Translations under genes and position numbers: made by a program
Source of the DNA: Octopus sinensis
Lineage: Eukaryota
Length of the DNA: 64,000 bases
Direction: 5' to 3'
Assembly: GCF_006345805.1 (NCBI RefSeq)
Contig: NC_043009.1
Coordinates: 57,226,001 to 57,290,000, forward strand
The notes under the pieces: generated by a model
Databases searched by the model: none
Seen by the model: only the letters and a program-made list of their open reading frames with translations
What the model was told of the DNA's origin: nothing
Part shown: in pieces, positions 12,201-23,589 of the stretch
Position numbering within the stretch: the stretch's first letter is position 1
How the letters are laid out: every line of letters starts with the position of its first letter

Positions 12201-13735
12201 GGATATGGTCGGTTTAAATGCTAAAGGGTTAAGCAAAATAATCATGTGCTTAGGGAATCAAGGAAAGGAGGGCACCACAGAAAGGGTTAATGGTTTATTG
12301 TACAAAAGAAATAACTCTAACCTTACTAAAATAATATTCCAAGTGATTTATATGATTGAAATATAATTTTGAAGTGTTCATGGTGTCATAGAGAGGATCT
12401 GATCAAAGTAGGAGAAAACTTGTTAAATATAAATAAAGTGGAAGAAAACAAAAATAAACGTTATTTTCAATCTGTTAGTTTTGTTTCATTTTGAAAAATA
12501 AAAATATATTTTATGGTTTATTATTGTTTATATTCTGAATTACATATATATGGTGGGCACCAAAATCTTTTAAGTGCTCAGGACCTCTGTGGATCTTGAT
12601 CTGATCCTACTTGAAACACTCCTTTCCTAGTATAAAACCACCTCTCTTGGGGACCATAGTATTGCAAACTGCCTTGTGACCCCTCTAGTGCTTGTGGTAT
12701 GAAAAACACACCTAATACACACCAAAATGGCTGGTGTTAGGAAGGGGATCCAGGCATAGAAACCATGCCATAGTAGAAAGTGTAACACACGCAGTTCTTG
12801 AACCCATCGGATCCTGTCAGTGTCCAACCCATGCCAGCATAGAACAAGGACGTGAAAAGATAATGATGATGATGTAACTTATTGATATTAACTGATATTT
12901 AAGGAGAGTGTTGTTATTGAGGGAACAGAGTAGAGATACAGTTGACAGAAACAACTTGTATTGTATAACAGCCCTTTTTCTTTTATTCAGGCCCCAACTT
13001 CATCTTTTTTCCTTCTTCACAGAATGAAGGGTTAAAGTAGGAAAAAGTTGAAGTGAGGAAGTATAGTCTAAACTATCCCCTTGTAGTTTAGACTATGAGC
13101 ATCATAATCATCATCATATTATCTTAACCACTGCTATATTTTTTTGCCTATTCTACATACTTGTGGGTTAAGATGGTTGGCATCTCTTACTGACACAAGT
13201 ACAATGTCTTTGTAAAAGAGAACAATTTTTTTTAACCATTTCAATTCTGAGCAATTAGGGAAGAACATGAGGTGAAGTTACAGTGTTTAGCTTTCAGTTT
13301 ATTTGACTTAATTCAATTCAAAAGCAAAGTCTAGACATGTATGGACTAGCAAAGACCAGTTCAGACTAAGCCAGACAAATATGAACCAGTCCAGACTAAT
13401 CTAGACCGGTACGAATCAGTCCAAACTAAACTAAACTGGAACGGACCGGTCCAAACCAAACTAGTTCTGAGTAGATCAAACCAGTATGAACCAGTCAAAA
13501 CTCAAACTAAACAAAACAATGAGTATTTTTTTTTTTACTTAGAATGTTCAACTCTTTTTTTGTTTTGTTTTGTTTTTCAGAAACTGCACTTCAGTGTTAA
13601 ACAAGTTTCTTACCTTTTCTGAAGCAGTTTCCAAGATCGCTTCTCAATCTGAATAAATAATAAGACAGGTACACCAGTTGCAGGCAGACCTTTGGAAATA
13701 TCAAATACATGGCTAGAAATTGGTGAAGTTATTTC
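9244..13735 (-). CDS. Transthyretin-like / 5-hydroxyisourate hydrolase (URAH)-like domain, divergent; 3 exons with no start codon of their own
   Basis: Exons 13735-13614, 11841-11706 and 9411-9244 with canonical AG/GT and matching phases (2, 0). Translation: EITSPISSHVFDISKGLPATGVPVLLFIQIEKRSWKLLQKSASSIDGHVAFLAGQKIVKTTVYKLLFDTESYFKITDQSAFYPYIELVFQVMDPTLIHHIPIQISPHSYSCHRELIQQNPSVTSSFPQMSPSPTTPASHIS*. It aligns end to end with the HIUase pattern SPLSTHVL..G.PA...DGR...YK..F.T..Y...FYPYVEIVF....HYHVPLLLS..SYSTYRGS. Confidence 0.9.
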
Positions 13736-16700
13736 CTGCAAAATAATGTTGTTATGTAAGGGAATTAATGAGAATTGTAATGGGAGAAAAAAACAAAACA
13801 AAAGGAGATATATGAAGAACTGAGAGGGAAATGAACAAAAAGAGAGAGAGAGAGAAAAGGGGAGGAGGAAAGGATGGAGAGAGAGCAGAAAAACAAAGAG
13901 AGGGGTGAAAATTGAAGTCTAAAAGATAGAAAAAGAGAATTAAAAATGAAAGAAATGTCATTTATATTTCTTTTACATCCATTTTCCCCAATCTTTTTAT
14001 CCAATCTGAATTGGTTACAACGGGTATTTTTATAACCATTCTTTGCTGGGATAATTGGATACGACAACCTAAAACACATTCGACCATGAAATAGCAGTGG
14101 AGCCTGTTTAGGTTTGGTTTGCTATCAAGGTGAAACAGAGTTATCTACCTTGCTCAGGGATATAACACAAGCTGTCGTACAGTTTCATATACCTATTTCT
14201 TTACTACCCACAAGGGACTAAACACAGAAGGGACAAACAAGGACAGACAAACGGATCAAGTCGATTATATCGACCACAGTGCGTAACTGGTACTTAATTT
14301 ATCGACCCCGAAAGGATGAAAGGCAAAGTCGACCTCGGCGGAATTTGAACTCAGAACGTAGTGGCAGACGACATACTGCTAAGTATTTCGCCCGGCGTGC
14401 TAACGTTTCTACCAGCTCCATCGTCATCGCATCAATATCATAATCATATCCACTTTTCCACGCTTGCGTGAGCTGGAAGGAATTTGGTGAGGCAGATGCC
14501 CTTCCTGTTGCCAGCTTTCACTTGTTTCCAAGCAAGATTAAATTTCCCCATGGCCAGACATATTTTCACAGAAGACTAGACACGAAATAACAGTGACACG
14601 TGTGTACAGTTATTGAGCAATGTCAAAACACACACACACATACAACAGGCTTCTTTCAGTTTCCATCTACCAATCCACTCACAATATATCAACATCGTTT
14701 TCACGTCCACTCTTTCATGCTTGCATGGATTGGACAAATTTTTTCAAGGTAGATTTCTATGACCAGATTCCATTCTTGTTACCAATCCTCATCCGTTTCC
14801 AAGTAAGATAATATTTCCTCAAGTCTGCCGAGCACAATCAGCACGAGCGCCAGACATGATTTCATTAAAGGTTGCAAAGGAATTACACTACTTGTATCGA
14901 TATTATGAGAATAATTTCCTCTCTTCTATCCATTTGCTCACCCCTAAATTGTCTCCAGACAAGGGACCAGGCCTGAATATTTGCAACAAAGTAGATTATA
15001 TGAATGGCACCCAAGGACCAAGTAGTGGTGTTAAACCAGGGGTTACAGACAGGAGCGGGCATAACTGTTTACCAGGCCCCTTTGAATGTGTTAACATATA
15101 GAGTGCAGGCCCCTCAGGCAGTGCCCGATTGACCGACTGCTCAGTCCAGCCCTGGTTTCAGATGAAATTTACCAGCCAAGAACAAGGAATGTTTCTTATC
15201 ACAGACTTGCACAGTTTTTGTCCAGTAAATTTCAACCATGGGGTCTTGCTTTACCTATAGTTATGGCAGAAGACAATTACTTATAGTGCCATACAATGAG
15301 ATTGAACCTGAAACCATGTAGTTCCAAGGCAAACTTCTCAACCACACCTACTGCCATTACCTCTATTTATCCCCCAGTTTCCCACCACCCCTGTACCTCT
15401 CACTTAATCCCTGTCACTGTGCATCTCTCTTGCATTCTACCTCTGCACATTTTGTATCATCTGTACTGCCACTTTTTACCCCTGCCTCCAACTGATATTT
15501 GACTGATCACACCTCTGCCCGTGTTCACCACTCACTGCATTCCTCTCTATCCCCATTTCTAACCATCTGCCACTCTCCTTTCACACTCACACAAACCTAC
15601 TTAGCTACCCATTTACCCTGTCCAATCCTCTGAATCACTCCTCTTACATTCGCTCTTCCAGTAACTTCTCTCTTTTCCAACTAAGGTAACCATGTATCTC
15701 CCCTGCATCAAGACACCTGATCCTGTCTTTCTATCATACTTTAACTTCTCATCACCTGGCATAAAGCCACCTGCTTCAATTACAACACCTCCCTCATTTG
15801 AAAGGCGGTCTCTTGCAAGTTCTTGGTGACCTTACTGGTACCAATGTCACGTAAAAAGCATCTACAACTCTCTGTAAATAGGTTGGCATTAGGAAGGGTA
15901 TCCAACCATAGAAACCATGTCAAAGCAGTCACTGGAGCATGGCACAGTCCTCTGGCTTGCTAAGTCCTGTCAAACTGTCCAGCGTATGCAAACATGAAAA
16001 AGTTATGTGCTGTGGAAGGATTCTGGTCCCCGCAAATAACTAAAAGGTGGACTGACTCATTGTTATAAAACAAAGAACTGTGTGCAATTAGCAGTTGGTG
16101 TTGGTAGCAGTTCATTGTGAGTCTCTGATATAGTGTTGAGTCTTGTGTAATAGTAATAGTAGTGTGGTGTCTAAATACTTTCTCCCTCCTGCTTCATAAA
16201 AAGCACCATTTGAGCATGGTCATTGCCACTGCCATCAGAGTGGTCCTATGCTGGTGGCACGTAAAAAGCACCATTCGAGCATGGTCGATGCCAGTGCCAC
16301 CTGACTGGCCTCGTGCTGGTGGCACATAAAATGCATTTACTATACTCTTGGAGTGGTTGGTGTTAGGAAGGGCATCAAACTGTAGAAACCTTACCAGATC
16401 ACATTGGAGCCTGGTGCAGCCTCCTGGCTTGCCAGTTCTCAGTCAAACTGTCCAACCCATGCCAGCATGCAATGCAGACATTAAACAATGATGATGATGA
16501 TGATGAATACAAGGATATAAAACTATGTTAAATGGTGACGACGATGATGATAGTGATGACAACCAGGCCTATCACAGATCTGCTGATATTAAAGGACCAA
16601 AGGAAAGCAAAGCGGAAGAGAACCAGAAGCACAAAAATGTTAGTATACCATATCTCGTGTCCCTCGTTTCTTTTTCTTTGTGTGGCCATCATTACAGTTG

Positions 16701-19700
16701 ATGATGTTGTTGTTATTATTGATATTGTTATTATTATTATTATTATGAATGTTGTTGTTGTGGTTAACCATGTTGCTGGTGTTGTGATTAAGTGGAGGGC
16801 TGAGTTCTTTTTTGCGTTTGGCTTTCAAGTTGTTAATGTCCCTCGTTGTTAACTGTTTGCCAGTCACATTGCATATATACTCTCGGATGTTCTTGGTCTT
16901 CATTCCAATGTCTATTAGCCGGTATGTCTCCGTGAGGACGTTGGGTGACAGAGACTGCCTGCGGTTCTCAGGGTACATGTGACCCAGCATCTGATGCGAG
17001 TGGTTTAAATTGATGGATCGTATCACCATTCTCTGCTTCTCTCGGTCAACTGATGCAGCAATTAGAGCAGGACATCCAGTTTTATATGTTCTGAAATTCA
17101 AAAGGGAAAACAGGTTATTATTATTATTATTATTATCATTATTATTATTAAGGCAGTGAGTTGGCAGAATTGTTATCATGCTGGACGAAAAGCTCAGTGG
17201 TATTTCACCCATAGCCACATTCTGGTTCAAATTCTGCTGAGGCTGACTTTGCCTTTCATCCTACATGATAAATTAAGTACCAGTGAAACACTGGGGTCAA
17301 TGTAATCAACTCGTCCCCTCCCCCAAAATTTCAGGCCTTGTGCCTTTAGTAGAAAGGATTATTATCATGTTGTTATTATCATTATTATTGTTATTCAGTA
17401 GTCTGTGATTATTGCAAATGAGTATTTCCAATATTCTCTGAAAACCGTCTGGCCATGGGGAAATATTACTTTTTTGGGGAAGTAGGTCGGAGTTGACAAG
17501 AACTATATAAAAAAATCAATAAAGTCTGTTCGACCCATACAAGCAGAGAAAAGAAGGTGTTAAAACGATGACGATTCATATTACACTTGCATGGAGTTGA
17601 GTGCAATGCAGTGGTTGAGAGAGGAAATCTCTTTTATGGTTTACTGTCTGAACTACTTTTGTAACTTGAGAAGTTTTCACTACGATTGTAGCAGTTGAGA
17701 GAATGAGTTGAATATGGTTCATATGCTGAGGTGGCGTTTTCTTAACAGTATAACTCAAACTCCAGATTGGAGACATGCAGTAACAATTAAGGTCGGATGG
17801 AAACTTTATACATGATAATTGGTTACAAATTTTGGCTCAAGTCCAGCAGTTTCGGGGAGGAGGCTAAGTTGGTTACATCGACCCCAGTACGCAACTGGTA
17901 TTTATTTTATCGACCTCGAAAGGATGAAAGACAAAATCGACCTCGGCGGAATTTTAACTCAGAATGTCCAGACGGTCGAAATGCTGCTAAGCATTTCGTC
18001 CGGCGTGTTGACGATTCTGCCAGCTCGCCGCCTTGTTTATATATGATAATTAAGATCCCTTTTTTTTTTTTTTTAACATTAAACACAAACTGAAGACAAG
18101 TGTGGTAACAGACCAGGTTTAGTGAAACGAGAGTTCACGTAACTAGTAGCCTTTCCTCACACAAAACCCAGGCTAAACATTAGGCGAGGATCAGGACGAA
18201 AATGAATGAAAGATTATCAAATATGCCGATCTTTCCAAACATTAACGCTAGAACGAAGAGAATGGTGATAACGCAACGTGAAACAAATCAAGCCAGAATC
18301 AACATACCTAGGATCAAACACATCTAGAACCATTCCGTCGCTCACATTATTTAGACATAGTGTGTACAGGACTACGTTATCGTACTTGTCCTCTTTTTTA
18401 AAATAATTCCATTTTGCCAACGTTTGTATTTACTATTTGATAACACAGATAACAATTAGTTTCTTTCAATTTACTGTTTCACTTCTGTATGTATGGTAGC
18501 TATCTGTTTACATACCTGCGTATCTATGTACTAATCATAAAGAATATCCACCAGTCTTTCTACACATATAGCAACATGTCAAAATGATAATAAATGTATC
18601 TGCCTATCTACATAACTATAGATTACACATACACACACAACAACAACACATAACTATCTACAACATTTGAAACGTATTCGTAGAAAATTTCATCAAAACA
18701 AATATCCATTTTTTTCAGAAAATTATTAGAAAACAGTGTTGGGTGTGAAGAACACACGTCTGTAATCACACACACACAGTATTGACAATAAAACCTTATA
18801 TTGACATCCATGCATCGTTTTAAGGGTAAAGTCAACAACGAGTGATTAACAAGTGAGAGAGAGAGAGATAGGGACAGAGAAAGAGAGACAACAACAGACA
18901 GATATAGATTGATCAAGAAGAAGAAAACACCACATGAGACATCTCCCACTAAAAAGAAAAAAAATCGTTTGAGTTGCAACTACATGATTCCAGGTTCGAT
19001 CCCACTGCAGGGTATTTTAGGCAAGTGTATTCTGTTTGATACAGCCTCCGGGTTCACCAACACCATCGAATGAAATTTGCTAAACGAAAACTGCGTCGGA
19101 ACCCATCGGAGGAACCGTTCTTGTTTTGTATGGAAGTGTGTGTGTGTGTTTATGTTTACGTTAGTCTAAAACCGGTGTTGCTTATGTTGTGTCGCTTTAT
19201 GTTCCGTAACTTAGCAATTCAACAATAGGGATTGATAGACGAAGTACAGAGGTCGATATGATAATTGAAACCAGTAAAAGAAAAGAATATAAAGAAATGG
19301 AGGAAATACTTTTGGTTGGGTCGTATGCCAGGCACAGTCCGTCGTCTCGAGTAACCAAACTGTTTACAAACATATTTGACGTATTTGTATTTGAACTTCT
19401 CGTCTAAAGGTTCGACTTTGACACATCGGGATCGGTTAGCTTTGGCAATTGTTTGACAGTCATGGATGGTGAACACAGCATTTGTCAGCTTGCAGACAGC
19501 TGCTATAGCAGAAGACAGGGCAGAAAAGTCTTCGAACTCGTCCCCAGCATTGAGTAAATCTCGACAGGCTTCGTTTGCCCCAATCTCAATCAGGGCTTTG
19601 CTCACAAGTAAATCCTCGCTGATTTTGTCCGAGCACTGCTCGTGTTGATGTTGTGGTTGATGGTGGTATTGCTGTTGTTGATGATGATGTTGGTATTGTT

Positions 19701-19917
19701 GCTGTTGCTGCTGTTGTTGTTGTTGTTGTTGCTCTTGTTCGAGTGTGGTTGTAGTCAGGACAGTGGCCGCCAGAACGTCAGCGGCCGAGGTGGATGACAG
19801 TTGCTGTTGTGGTATGACCACCAGTTCGGTGACTGCTGTTGGAGTTGCAGTCGACTGTTCGGTGGTGAGAAGGCTTACACTCTCAGCCACTACATCTTGC
19901 TCACCTGTCGTTGCCAT
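9244..19917 (-). CDS. Predicted 5-exon, 491-aa fusion gene: ZSWIM3/FAR1-like DNA-binding domain + HIUase/transthyretin-like domain
   Basis: Exons 19917-19310, 17090-16649, 13735-13614, 11841-11706 and 9411-9244 total 1476 nt with an open frame. The link uses ATG|gtatac (phase 0) to ttttgcag|GAA (phase 0). The donor is weak and has no transcript support here. Confidence 0.65.
10800..11040 (-). mobile_element. Abundant retroposon 3'-end family with (GAT)n tail (GGAAGGGCATCC core); other copies at about 570-810, 16200-16505, 30140-30420, 37230-37545, 48790-49030, 49480-49850, 53480-53715 and 57592-57752
   Basis: Near-identical CCACTACACTC..GGTTGGCGTTAGGAAGGGCATCCAGCTGTAGAAAC...CCAACCCATGCCAGCATGGAAAACGGACGTTAAACGATGATGAT blocks recur many times. 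Confidence 0.85.
11275..11690 (+). mobile_element. Tandem copies of a second SINE family (GGCAGCGAGCTGGCAGAA head); other copies at about 14200-14420(-), 33610-33830(-), 43130-43500, 51860-52230(-) and 58660-58875
   Basis: Repeated TGAGTTCAAATTCCGCCGAGGTCGACTTTGCCTTTCATCCTTTCGGGGTCGATAAATTAAGTACCAG core. Confidence 0.85.
13325..13515. repeat. Degenerate tandem repeat (CCAGTCCAGACTAA-like units) in an intron of the HIUase-like module
   Basis: Recurring accagt(c/t)ca(g/a)actaa motifs about every 30 bp. Confidence 0.55.
16640..19917 (-). CDS. ZSWIM3-N/FAR1-like (MULE transposase-derived WRKY-GCM1 zinc) DNA-binding protein module with poly-Q and poly-N tracts; no DDE catalytic domain
   Basis: Exon 19917-19310 (ATG ... 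CAA AA|gtattt) joins exon starting at 17090 (tttcag|A) in phase 2, giving GDEFEDF...YKYVKYVCKQFG...RPNQK-TYKTGCPA...LNHSH...YPENRR...LTTRDINNLK. This has the C..C..HxH ligand set. The exon reads to TAA at 16640 unless spliced at 16649. Confidence 0.85.
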
Positions 19918-20088
19918 CTTTGCTTGGCCAGGGTCCAGGAAGAGCCCTGGTCAAGGTAATGCTTCCACTGAAGGTGCAAATAAGTGGCCTGGCTGTGAAA
20001 CTGCTCCAATGATCAACCGGTGTGGAACAGGGATGAAGAGTTCCTCTTAAAGACATTAGAGAGAGAAAACAAGAGTTATCCCACGTTT

Positions 20089-20096
20089 ACTTCCGG
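20089..20096 (-). promoter_or_regulatory. ETS-type CCGGAAGT motif in the likely promoter of the minus-strand ZSWIM3-like/HIUase-like gene
   Basis: Exact CCGGAAGT about 170 bp upstream of the ATG at 19917, in a locally CpG-containing stretch. Function is inferred. Confidence 0.4.
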
Positions 20097-21146
20097 TCCG
20101 TTTACAGCGCAACGTAACCGGGTCATTTCATCCTCGTTGTTTATTTTCTCCTTTTCTTCGTAAATTATTTTATTTGTTTGTAAGTTTTTATAAATTACTT
20201 TTCTTTTTGCTTCTAAATTGGTTTGTTTAAGAATTTTGTTTGTAAATTTTATTTAATCAGTGTGTGTGTGTGTATTATGTTTATAGATGTTGGTTCGAGT
20301 CGCACGGACGGCCTTCAATTTTTTTCTATCCAAAAGGACTTTTGACGCAATATTTACACTATTGTTTATAGTTTTATGTGATTTGAGAGCCACCATTCCC
20401 AATGATAATTAAAATAAATTACTCATGAAATTAACAAATTAATTCTACTTAACATGTTTGAAATTAATAAAATTAATTAATCGAAATCAGCATTTAATTT
20501 TTTTAAATTAATAAATCGAATTCATATCAGTAGGGAGAAAATACCTACGGTGTATAAAGTGTATATGAATTTATATTTACGCAAAAGGCTTACCTAGGCT
20601 AATAACTTGAATAACAAGACGTGCGTGTGTGTCGTACTTATTCATGTACTGGTGAAGACTGCTTGGCTGACGAAATCTAAAAAAGACTGAAACACGTCTA
20701 GAGTTGTCGCCTTTCTGCTCAAATCACCATTTCGTTGCCCATATTCTATACTAGCTGAAACAACCGGAGTTACCTGAGTTAATGACTTAGGGAATTAACA
20801 GTAACATCACAAAGCTCTTTATTTGACTTATCTTTTCGAAAAAGAAAAAAAAAACACTCGGCGAAATTTCGGACTAAAAACACTTTGTACACCTTTTTCT
20901 TTATCTTTTAAGAATATATTTTTGTTTCATATATAAATTCCAAACATTTGTTGGTTCAATTCTGTAAAAATTTGTCCTCAAATTCAAATTTTTTTAATCC
21001 CTTTTCAGTTTCTGCTTAAACGTAATTCTTACTCTAACTCAAAATTGTAATCCTATGTGCTCACACGAAACCCTAACATTGAATGCTAACCTTCAGCGGA
21101 ACGAGAATGAGTGTGATATGAAAGATGTATGTGTGTGTGTGAAGAG

Positions 21147-21347
21147 TAGTGCTTTTCAACCGTTTTGCTGGAGCAGAACCCCAAGGAAACATTCCACTGG
21201 CTCGAGGAACCCCTGTGCAATAATTTAATAGTCTTATACATACATATCTGCACAGGAGAATTAAAAATTACTGCCGATTTTAACAATTTTGTAACGTCTT
21301 GCGGAACCCCTGGACTGTACTGGCGGAACCCTGGTTGAAAACCACTG
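21147..21347. mobile_element. hAT-type MITE, about 200 bp, copy 1
   Basis: TIRs (T/C)AGTGCTTTTCAA / TTGAAAACCACTG; exact 8-bp TSD GTGAAGAG on both sides. Confidence 0.9.
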
Positions 21348-21779
21348 GTGAAGAGAGAGAGAGAGATGAGAAAAAGAATGAGTTTGGCTTAATCACAAAC
21401 AAAGTTGTAGGATTAAGTTACCGAACGATGGGGAGAAACCTTAATTCTGAACAGCACAGCACGACGAGAAGGACAAGGAACCAGACAAGTTTTAAGTGGG
21501 AATGGAATGACGAGAAGGAGGTTGAATTCCTACCCATTACATCAATGTCTGAATCAATCACAACCCAGAGATTGAACTCCCATCCATTTCTTATACCCAC
21601 CATTTAACCAACACTTATCTCCACTCACTTATTTATCTGTATCGCAATTGGAAGTGAAAATTAAGACTCTTAAACTTAACTTTCCTACTGTTTTGTTGCA
21701 AGAGCAATACGCTACATGCACGTCGAATAATATGGACAGTTTTATGGTACAAAGTTTTTGTAGCGCTCTGGTGTTTTTT

Positions 21780-23400
21780 CACGGTTCTGCCTGATCTTGT
21801 GATTCTTTTGAAGGCTGGCGTGGAGCACTTCTCATGCGTCTGGCCATTATTTTGTGCTTCTGCATTTTATCAGGAGAAGCATTTGTGATTTCTTTCCTTG
21901 AGTCAAGTTGAGTAACATGTTCTATGGAGTTTGTAGGGTCTGTAACTTGTTTCCTGGAGTTTGTAGGGTCTGTTGGATGGTTGTCTGTCTCTATATTGTT
22001 GGGCGATCTGGCAGGCATTTCCATCTGAGTGGTCTGTTTATACTATCTGTCTGTGCCTATGCTAGTATCTCTCAGTTCCTTTTGTTTCTCCGCAAATCTC
22101 CATGTGTTGTTTTCACACTGAAAGACCTCGGTTCTTTACATTGTCTTGCTTTTTCTCCAGGTATTCAACGTTTGTTGCTTTTTGTCAAGGACCCGTACAG
22201 CTTGTCCTTTGTGCGACGGAGGTATTTCCATCTTTGCGTACTAATCATATGTAGTTTTCATTTGTATTTTCAATTCTTCAAGACGTTTTCTCTGTCTTTG
22301 AGTTACATGAGAATAGCTCCAGCATAATGGCACAAGTGTTGTGATCGGTCTGCTCAACAGGATCTCGACGGGCGGCGGCATCTTTGAGTTTAATGGTGTG
22401 GCTCTTAGATTCAAAAATGCATTGTTTATGTCTTCTTTGCTTTGTTCACATTTTTGGATTGTCTTTTTAATTGTTTGTACCTGTCTCTCTATGAATTCGT
22501 TTGATTGGGGTATCTTGGTGATGTTGAATTCCCCATTTCTGTGTGAATTGTCGATATGGTTTTCGTGTATATTGAGGACCATTGTCGCTAAAAATTTCAT
22601 CATGTCTGACGAAGAGAGACACAGTCTTTTTGAATTCCTCTGCGAGATTTCGGGTTGATGAATGTGGCATTTGTCCGAGTTGAATACCAATCCAGATTCC
22701 TTTGCTTTTTTCATGAGTCTTTGTAGATTTCTTTCATGCTCTTCTTCGTCTTTGCCATGGACAGTGATGTCATCAGTTATTCCAGCAACCCTTGAGAGTT
22801 CTTCAATGATTTCGTCCATTCTAGCTTGAAAGATATTTTGAGATACCTTTAGACCAAATGGCAATCTAGTCCAACAATATCTTCCAAATGGGGTCCTGAA
22901 GCTTGTGAGTAGCTGACTTTCTTCATCCAGATGAACAGATCGCTGAAAGTGCTAGAACCAGCAAACTGAGGGTTCAAGCTCTTCCACCGATGGAATTTTG
23001 TGGGGGCATCTTTTCAATGCTTGATTAAGTTTTTGTGGGTCGATGCAGATGCGAAGTGATCCATCTTTTTTTTATGGAATATGCCATGCTTGAACACCAA
23101 TCTGTATATTGTTTCACAGGCTTGATGACACCCGCCCCTATTTCTTCCATCTTCTGGAGTTCAATCTTGGGCTTATGTTTCAGGTGAACTGAGCATTTCC
23201 GAGGTGGTTCAAAGAAGGGTTCCAAACATGCTTTTATGTATAATTATGCGGGTTCTTTGAAGCTGCCCAGGCTGTCGAAAAGATTTCGGTATGTTTCTTT
23301 CAAGCCTTCGATTGTTCTGAAATCAGAGTTGAATCCGTGACATGATCACAACGTATTGCGATTAATTTCATTGTCTTACATGCTGGTAATCCGATTAATT
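21780..23400 (-). mobile_element. Decayed Ty3/Gypsy pol fragment (RT joined to integrase core, internally deleted)
   Basis: RT motifs LRICIDP, WTRLPFGLKVSQNIFQARMD and GITDDITV; integrase motifs IFSDNGPQY, PQSN..IER.VQTIK and LNLRATPL. Frameshifts are present. Confidence 0.9.
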
Positions 23401-23589
23401 TCGATTCGATATATTTATCTTGTTTTACCGCTGTCACCATATCGTGCCATACAAGCACTCCAATAATGCGATGCAGAGTGGTTGGTTGTCTACTTGATTG
23501 CTGCTCCCTTAGCCACCGAGCTGACTCTCTTTTATCCGCGACAACGTATTTAACAATGTGAAACTAAGTTCATTTAGTTTCATATCATT

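Noticed and set aside
13736-13801. TTG start giving a stand-alone HIUase ORF (MFCFFLPLQ...)
   Set aside because: The segment is a polypyrimidine tract ending in TTTTGCAG, so it is intronic.
21600-23560. LTR pair around the Gypsy fragment
   Set aside because: No direct repeat seen between the two flanks.
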